From: Rhodospirillaceae bacterium
Lineage (GTDB): Bacteria > Pseudomonadota > Alphaproteobacteria > Bin65
Reading direction: 5' to 3'
Length of the DNA stretch: 64,000 bases
Assembly (NCBI GenBank): GCA_028819475.1
Contig: JAPPLJ010000048.1
Location: 17,905 to 81,904, forward strand
Shown here one piece after another: positions 58,049 through 64,000 of this stretch (position 1 is its first letter; every line of letters begins with the position of its first letter). The notes under the pieces were generated by a model. It made no database searches. It was not told the origin of the DNA and worked only from the letters and a program-made list of their open reading frames with translations. Made by a program: the position numbers and the translations under genes.

Positions 58049-58788
58049 GCGCCGCCCGCACCGTCGCCGTCGTCTTCCGGCGCGAGTTCGCCGCCTATTT
58101 CGCCAGTCCGGTCGCCTATGTCTTCCTGATCGTCTTCCTGGCCCTGGCCGGGGCGCTGACCTTCTTCTTCGGCAACTTCTTCCTGCGCAACCAGGCGGAT
58201 CTGGACGCCTTCTTCGTCTTCCACCCCTGGGTCTACCTCTTCCTGATGCCGGCGATCGCCATGCGGCTGTGGGCCGAGGAGCGCAAAACCGGGACGGTCG
58301 AGCTGCTGTTCACCCTGCCGATCGCGACCTGGCATGCCGTTATGGGCAAATTCCTGGCGGCCTGGCTGTTCGCCGGCATCGCGCTGGCGCTGACCTTCCC
58401 GATCTGGCTCACCGTGGCGAGCCTGGGCGCGCCCGACCACGGGCCGATCGCCGCCGGCTATCTCGGCAGCTTCCTGATGGCCGGCGGCTATCTCGCCATC
58501 GGCTCCTGCCTGTCGGCGACGACCAGGAACCAGGTCATCGCCTTCGTGCTGGCGGCGATCGTCTGCTTCGTCTTTTCGATGGCGGGGGCAGAGGTCGTGC
58601 TCGGCCTGATCCGGGATTTTCTGCCCCAGGACTTCGTCAACCTGGTCGCGTCCTTCAGCTTCCTGAACCATTTCGCCGAAATGCGCAAAGGCGTGATCGA
58701 CCTGCGCAACCTGCTCTACTTCCTCTCGGTCATCGGCGTGTTCCTTTTCGCGACCGTGCTCGTCCTCGACCTCAAGAAGGCGGAGTAG
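58045..58788 (+). CDS. ABC-2 permease (GldF-like)
   Basis: RREFAAYFASPVAYVF, MRLWAEERKTGTVELL, GKFLA, NQVIAF, GVIDLRNLLYF. Confidence 0.92.
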   Translation: MSAARTVAVVFRREFAAYFASPVAYVFLIVFLALAGALTFFFGNFFLRNQADLDAFFVFHPWVYLFLMPAIAMRLWAEERKTGTVELLFTLPIATWHAVMGKFLAAWLFAGIALALTFPIWLTVASLGAPDHGPIAAGYLGSFLMAGGYLAIGSCLSATTRNQVIAFVLAAIVCFVFSMAGAEVVLGLIRDFLPQDFVNLVASFSFLNHFAEMRKGVIDLRNLLYFLSVIGVFLFATVLVLDLKKAE

Positions 58789-58792
58789 GCCG

Positions 58793-60751
58793 ATGGCGTT
58801 CCTCAACGACCGGCGCAGCCTCACGATCGCCACCCTGATCGTCGCCTTCGTCTTCCTGTTCGCCTTCAACGCCTTTGTCGGCAACGCCCTTGTCGGAATC
58901 GCAGGGCGCAACGTCTCGGTCGATCTGACCGAGGACGCGGAGTTCACCCTGTCCGACGGAACCGTGCGGGTGCTGAAATCGCTCGAAGAGCCGGTCGTCC
59001 TGCGCCTGTTCCTCTCGCCCGCGCTGGTCGACCGGGTGGCCAGCTACGGACCGGCGGCGGAGCGGGTGCGCAACCTGCTGGAGCGCTATGCCGCCCTGGC
59101 GGACGGCAAGATCCGGCTGGAGACCTACCGGCCCGAGCCCTACTCGGTCGACGAGGACAAGGCCGAGGCCTACGGCATGGAAGGCGTGCCGATCGATGCC
59201 AGCGGAACGCTGGTCTATTTCGGCCTCGCCGGGACCAACACGGTGGATGCGGAAGAAAAGATCGCCTTCTTCCATCCGTCGCGCCAGCGCTTCATCGAAT
59301 ACGACATCACCCGGCTGGTCTACAGCCTGGGCGTGAAGAAGAAGGTCGTCGGCCTGATCGCCAGCCTGCCGATCGACGGCACCTTCAGCATGCAGGGCGG
59401 CATGCAGCAGCCCTGGCCGATCATGGACGAGATCAAGAAGCCCTTCGAGGTCGAGACGATCGACGAAAGCAAGGGCAGTATCCCGGACAATGTCGACGTC
59501 TTGATGATCGTCCATCCGCGGAGCCTGTCGGACAAGGCGCTCTACGCCATCGACCAGTTCGTCCTCAAGGGCGGCAAGGCGCTGATCGCGCTCGATCCGG
59601 TGCCGGAGACGGCGCCGCGGCGCCGCACCTTCATGGGCGCCGGGCCGGTCCCGCCCGGTTCGGACCTGCCCAGGCTGCTCAAGGCCTGGGGCGTCGACTA
59701 TGACAAGGAGGCCGTCGCGACCGACGCCAACCGCTTTATCCGGATACCCTATAACTTCCAGGGCCAGACGGTCAGCGTGCCCCACATCGGCTATCTGGAA
59801 CTGCGCGAGGAGGACCGCAGCGCGGCCGACCCGGTCACCGCCCGGATCAAGACCCTGATCTTCGGCATTCCCGGCCACTTCGCGAAGGCCGAGGGCGGCA
59901 GCACAACCGTCACGCCGCTGGTGACGACGACCGACATCGCCGCCGCCGGAAAGTCCGCGGACTACCGGCAGCAGCCGGACCTGCTCAGCCTCTACCGGAA
60001 CTATGTCCCCGGCGACCGGAAACTGTGGCTTGCGGTGCGTGTCACCGGCAACGCGGACAGCGCTTTCCCGAAAGGGCCGCCGATCGACGAGGAAGCCGGG
60101 AAATCGGACAAGAAGGACGATAGCGACAAGGCCGCCGGAGACGACGCAAAGAAAGCGGAAAAACCTGTTCATATCGCAAAGTCGCAAAAGCCGCTGAACC
60201 TCATCCTGGTCGCCGATGCCGACTTCATGGAAACCGGTTTCTGGGCCCAGAAAGCCAATGCCGGCGAGGGCGCGGTGTATGTGCCGTTCGCCAACAACGC
60301 CGACTTCGTCGTCAACGCGCTGGACGACCTTGCCCGCCCCGAACCCCTGATCGGCCTGCGCGGGCGCGGCGCGCCGGTCCGGCCGTTCACGGTGGTCGAC
60401 GATCTGCGCAAGGCGTCCGAGAACAAGCTGCGCGCCAAACAGCTCGAACTGTCGCAACAGCTCGAAGACCTCAGGAAGAAAATCGCCGATACCCGGACCA
60501 GGGCCGGGGACGGCAAGACCGTCCTCACCGCGGAGCAGGAGGAAACGCTGCGCGGCTATCTGGCGAAATTCATCACCGTCCGGCAGGAGCAGCGCGCCGT
60601 CCTCGCCGACCTGCGCAAGGATGTCGAGGCGCTGGAGGCGCGCACGAAATTCTACAATATCGCGCTGATCCCGCTGATCGTCGCGGTGCTCGCCATCATG
60701 GTCGCGGTCTGGCGCGCCCGCCGGCGCCGCCGGCGCTACGAAACCGCCTGA
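58793..60751 (+). CDS. GldG-like ABC auxiliary component (ABC_transp_aux)
   Basis: DLTEDAEFTLSDGT, YFGL, EYDITRL, IDQFVLKGGKALI..DP, NADFVVNALDDL, coiled coil and C-terminal TM. Confidence 0.9.
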   Translation: MAFLNDRRSLTIATLIVAFVFLFAFNAFVGNALVGIAGRNVSVDLTEDAEFTLSDGTVRVLKSLEEPVVLRLFLSPALVDRVASYGPAAERVRNLLERYAALADGKIRLETYRPEPYSVDEDKAEAYGMEGVPIDASGTLVYFGLAGTNTVDAEEKIAFFHPSRQRFIEYDITRLVYSLGVKKKVVGLIASLPIDGTFSMQGGMQQPWPIMDEIKKPFEVETIDESKGSIPDNVDVLMIVHPRSLSDKALYAIDQFVLKGGKALIALDPVPETAPRRRTFMGAGPVPPGSDLPRLLKAWGVDYDKEAVATDANRFIRIPYNFQGQTVSVPHIGYLELREEDRSAADPVTARIKTLIFGIPGHFAKAEGGSTTVTPLVTTTDIAAAGKSADYRQQPDLLSLYRNYVPGDRKLWLAVRVTGNADSAFPKGPPIDEEAGKSDKKDDSDKAAGDDAKKAEKPVHIAKSQKPLNLILVADADFMETGFWAQKANAGEGAVYVPFANNADFVVNALDDLARPEPLIGLRGRGAPVRPFTVVDDLRKASENKLRAKQLELSQQLEDLRKKIADTRTRAGDGKTVLTAEQEETLRGYLAKFITVRQEQRAVLADLRKDVEALEARTKFYNIALIPLIVAVLAIMVAVWRARRRRRRYETA

Positions 60752-60816
60752 GCGCGTCTTCGCTTCGGAACCGCCCCACAACGATCCCGCAACGATCCCG
60801 CAACGATAATGCCGTC

Positions 60817-61983
60817 ATGAACAAAACCGGCTTCCTGATCCTGACTGCCGTGACCGCCGCCCTGATCGCCGGCGCGGCGGCGCTGCGGCCGGCGGCGACC
60901 ACCACCGGGCCTGCGGCGGGCGCCCGGTTCTTCCCGAACCTGGACGCGAAGGCGGTCAACGCGGTGGACCGCCTGCGCGTCACCGCCGAGGGCAAGAATT
61001 TCACCCTCGATCGCAAGGCCGGCACATGGATCGTCCGGGAGAAAGGCGGCTATCCGGCGACGTTCGCCAGGGTAAAGGAGGCGCTGGTCTCGCTGTCGCA
61101 GCTCAAGCAGTTCGAACGCAAGACCAGCGACCCGTCGCGCTACGACAAGCTCGATCTCGAGGATCCCGCGAAGAAGGGCGCGTCGTCCAAGCGGCTGACC
61201 GCTTTCGCCGGCGGCAAGGCCGTGGCCGACGTGATCGTGGGCAAGAGCAATGCCAAGGAAATCCTGTTCGGCCGCTCGCTGGTCTATATCCGCCTGCCCG
61301 GAGACAAGCAGAGCTGGCTTGCCGCGGGCGATCCGAAGCTGGCCGCCGAGATCGGCGACTGGCTCGACCGCAAGCTGCTCGACGTCAAGACCGGGCGGAT
61401 CCGGGAAGCGGTCCTGACCGCCGCCGCCGGTACGGACAAGGACGCGGCCGAACCCGACCGGATTATCGTGGGCAAGGCGAAGGCCGGCGACGCCGAATTC
61501 GCCCTGCGCAATCTGCCGGACGACCGCGAAATCAAGGGCGAGCGCTTCCTGCGCTATATCGGCGAGAGCCTCGACAACCTGACGCTGGAGGATGTCAGGC
61601 CGGCCGGCGAGATCGATTTCGCCGGCAAGGCTGCGGGCGGCGCCGAGTTCAGGACCTTCGACGGCCTGGTCGTCACCGCAAGGCTCGCCCGGACCGGCAA
61701 GCCGGACGAGGACGACAAATACTGGATGACCTTCGAGGCTGCTGTCGACGAAGCGGCGCTGCTGAAGGACAAGCCGAAGGCCGAGTCGAAACTCAAACCG
61801 GCCGCCGAAGTCCGCAAGGAAGCCGCGGCGATCAACGCGCGGACCGCCGGCTGGGCCTACAAGGTCTCGTCCACGGTCACCCGCTTCCTGCGCTACACCA
61901 TGGCCGACATCCTGAAACCGCCGGCGGAAAAGAAGGCCGGGGACGGTGCGGACTCCGAGACGCAGGAGAAGACAGAAGAGTAG
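60817..61983 (+). CDS. DUF4340 domain protein
   Basis: N-terminal anchor, W.V..KGGYPA, YDKLDL, VIVGKS, YIRLPGDKQSWL, W-D motif, FRTFDGL, GWAYKV; last gene of a gldA/F/G-like operon. Confidence 0.85.
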   Translation: MNKTGFLILTAVTAALIAGAAALRPAATTTGPAAGARFFPNLDAKAVNAVDRLRVTAEGKNFTLDRKAGTWIVREKGGYPATFARVKEALVSLSQLKQFERKTSDPSRYDKLDLEDPAKKGASSKRLTAFAGGKAVADVIVGKSNAKEILFGRSLVYIRLPGDKQSWLAAGDPKLAAEIGDWLDRKLLDVKTGRIREAVLTAAAGTDKDAAEPDRIIVGKAKAGDAEFALRNLPDDREIKGERFLRYIGESLDNLTLEDVRPAGEIDFAGKAAGGAEFRTFDGLVVTARLARTGKPDEDDKYWMTFEAAVDEAALLKDKPKAESKLKPAAEVRKEAAAINARTAGWAYKVSSTVTRFLRYTMADILKPPAEKKAGDGADSETQEKTEE

Positions 61984-62034
61984 CCCGCCGCCGCGTCCCG
62001 GCCGGTTCGGAATCGACTTTGTCTTTCACCGCGC

Positions 62035-62167
62035 GTCATATCGACCGGAGCCCCGGATTCAATCCGGGGCGGAGCGGAGATATCTTTCACGCGCGGTGCA
62101 GGATCCATTGCACTGTGCCGGAAAGATTTCTCCACTACGCGCCTGGCGGCGCTTCGGTCGAAATGAC
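62035..62167. repeat. Structured palindromic element, family B copy 2
   Basis: Same ends and internal arms as 35931-36061, with different hairpin sequences. Confidence 0.88.
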
Positions 62168-62315
62168 CGAAGGGAAAAGACGGCGCGGCTAAATTCAATC
62201 CGGGTCGCTGCCGGCTCTCGCCACCGCAAAACCGGCGGGCTATGATCCGACCATAGGGTTATATCGGCATGCCGCTGCGCCGCCGGCGCGGCCGCGGCGG
62301 ATCGGGAGGAACGAC

Positions 62316-63581
62316 ATGGCCGGCGACTTCATCGACATTCCCGCCGCGGACGGCGGCACGTTCCAGGGTTATCTGGCCCTACCAGAGGGCGGCAAGGGCC
62401 CCGGCCTGATGATCCTGCAGGAAATCTTCGGCGTGAACGAAGCGATCCGCGCGACCTGCGATTACTTCGCCGAAGAGGGCTATGTCGTGCTCGCGCCGGA
62501 CATGTTCCACCGGCTGGAGAAGCGGGTCGACCTCAGCTATTCCGACGACGAACGCGCCCGGGCGTTCGACTTTCTCGGCCGGTTCGATTTCGGAAAGGCG
62601 GTCGAGGACATGACCGCCGCCGTCGCGCATCTCAAGGGCATGGACGCGGTGCAGGGCCAGGGCAAGGGCGGCGCCACCCAGGTCGCGGCGCTCGGCTACT
62701 GCCTGGGCGGGGCGCTGGCCTACCAGGCGGCGGCCCATTGCGGCGTCGCGGCGGCGGCCAGCTACTACGGCGTGCAGATCGAGAAGCAACTGCACCTCAA
62801 GGACAAGATCGCCTGCCCGACGGTGCTGCATTTCGGCGGCGTGGACGAGCATGTGCCGATGGAAGCGGTCGAGCAGGTCCGCGAGGCTTTCGCGGACACG
62901 GACCATGTGCTGATCAACGTCTACGAGGGCGCCCCCCACGGCTTCGCCAACCGCTTCCGCGACAGCTACGACAAGGCCGCGGCCGGCATGGCGCATTCCC
63001 GCACCATCGCGCTGCTGCGCGGCACGATGGGGCCGGGCTACGACCTCGAGCATCTGTGGGATATGCACTGCTACTACGAGTTCGCGACCCGCGACGTCGA
63101 CGCCACGATGGCGACGATGGTGGCGCAGCCCTACGTCAACCACATCCCGACCATGACCGGCGGCGTCGGCTATACCGAGCTGCACCGCTTCTACAAGAAC
63201 CATTTCGTCAACGCGAACCCGGACGATACGGCGCTGATCCCGGTGTCGCGAACCGTCGGCGCAGACCGGGTGGTCGACGAGATGATCTTCGAATTCACCC
63301 ACGACCGGGAGATCGACTGGATGCTGCCCGGCGTGGCGCCGACCGGCAAACGGGTGCGCATCCCGCTCGTCGCGATCATCAACTTCCGCGGCCCGAAGCT
63401 GTATCACGAGCATATCTACTGGGATCAGGCCTCGGTGCTGGTCCAGATCGGCGCGCTCGACGCGAAGGACCTGCCGACCGCGGGCATGGCGACCGCGGCG
63501 AAGATGCTCGACGAAACGCAGCCGTCCAACACGCTGATGGAACGCTGGGCCGAGAGCGCCCCGGCGGAAGCCGCCGAATAG
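62316..63581 (+). CDS. Dienelactone hydrolase fused to a C-terminal SnoaL/NTF2-like domain
   Basis: QEIFGVN, GYCLGG nucleophile, HGF; then WDMHCYYEF..RDVDATMATMV..PYVNHIPT...EHIYWDQASVL. Confidence 0.92.
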   Translation: MAGDFIDIPAADGGTFQGYLALPEGGKGPGLMILQEIFGVNEAIRATCDYFAEEGYVVLAPDMFHRLEKRVDLSYSDDERARAFDFLGRFDFGKAVEDMTAAVAHLKGMDAVQGQGKGGATQVAALGYCLGGALAYQAAAHCGVAAAASYYGVQIEKQLHLKDKIACPTVLHFGGVDEHVPMEAVEQVREAFADTDHVLINVYEGAPHGFANRFRDSYDKAAAGMAHSRTIALLRGTMGPGYDLEHLWDMHCYYEFATRDVDATMATMVAQPYVNHIPTMTGGVGYTELHRFYKNHFVNANPDDTALIPVSRTVGADRVVDEMIFEFTHDREIDWMLPGVAPTGKRVRIPLVAIINFRGPKLYHEHIYWDQASVLVQIGALDAKDLPTAGMATAAKMLDETQPSNTLMERWAESAPAEAAE

Positions 63582-63622
63582 GCCGGCCCCGGCCGACCGG
63601 ATAAAACCCCAGGGAGGAAACC

Positions 63623-64000
63623 ATGACCCATCTCGACCGCAGGCAGTTCCTGCACACCGCGGGCGCAGCCGGCGCCGCGACCGGCCTCGGCTCGCTGCTG
63701 TTCAACCGGGCGGCGGCGGCCGCCATCGGCGATACGCTGACCATCGCATACCATGTGCCGCTGCCGGCCTGGGACCCGACGACCGGCCTGTCCTCGGTCA
63801 ACCCGCAGCTCATGTCGATCTACAAATGCGTGTTCGACCAGTATGTCGACCAGAACGCCGATCTGAGTTTCCGGCCCGGTCTGCTGACCAAGTGGGGCTG
63901 GACCGACGACAAGACGAAGATCCGCATGGAGGTGCGCCAGGGCGCCAAATGGTCGGACGGCACGCCGATCACGGCGCAGGATATCGTCTGGAACCTGCAG
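63623..64000 (+). CDS. Tat-exported ABC substrate-binding protein, family 5 (partial)
   Basis: GGAGG then MTHLDRRQFLHTAG twin-arginine signal; PGLLTKW..., VRQGAKWSDGTPITAQDIVW. Confidence 0.9.
   Translation, partial: MTHLDRRQFLHTAGAAGAATGLGSLLFNRAAAAAIGDTLTIAYHVPLPAWDPTTGLSSVNPQLMSIYKCVFDQYVDQNADLSFRPGLLTKWGWTDDKTKIRMEVRQGAKWSDGTPITAQDIVWNLQ

Noticed and set aside
58772-60781. 669 aa minus-strand ORF and similar long shadows (19564..21681, 25392..27320, 30766..32652, 57325..58947)
   Set aside because: All lie antisense to well-supported genes and carry no recognisable motifs.

Overview
High-GC (roughly 70% by eye) alphaproteobacterial chromosome segment. It mixes housekeeping genes (glnS, polA, gluQ, hisF/hisE, regB/regA, korA/korB, phaZ) with aromatic and xenobiotic catabolism (boxR-boxC-boxB, Baeyer-Villiger monooxygenase, epoxide hydrolase, dienelactone hydrolase) and ABC transporters. 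No rRNA, tRNA, CRISPR array, integrase or transposase was seen. Most very long ORFs in the supplied track are antisense or off-frame shadows caused by the high GC. Three AT-rich inserts stand out. The first (about 27.9-29.3 kb) is a three-gene cassette with a DUF3467-like gene, a GW-motif gene and a putative ADP-ribosyltransferase-fold toxin, with a 101-codon out-of-frame overlap; it is the best candidate for an undescribed defence or toxin-antitoxin system. The second is a PD-(D/E)xK-like nuclease beside a DUF2779 gene. The third is an orphan membrane protein behind a structured RNA-like leader. Other notable points are a box cluster with no boxA in the window but with a flavodoxin, an FprA-like reductase and KorAB nearby; a UDP-xylose synthase/GT2/GtrA/GT-C glycosylation module; three decayed toxin-antitoxin loci; a probable ATT start for gluQ; a degenerate CobS paralogue; and at least five families of palindromic repeats. 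All family assignments come from motif recognition by eye, not from database searches.
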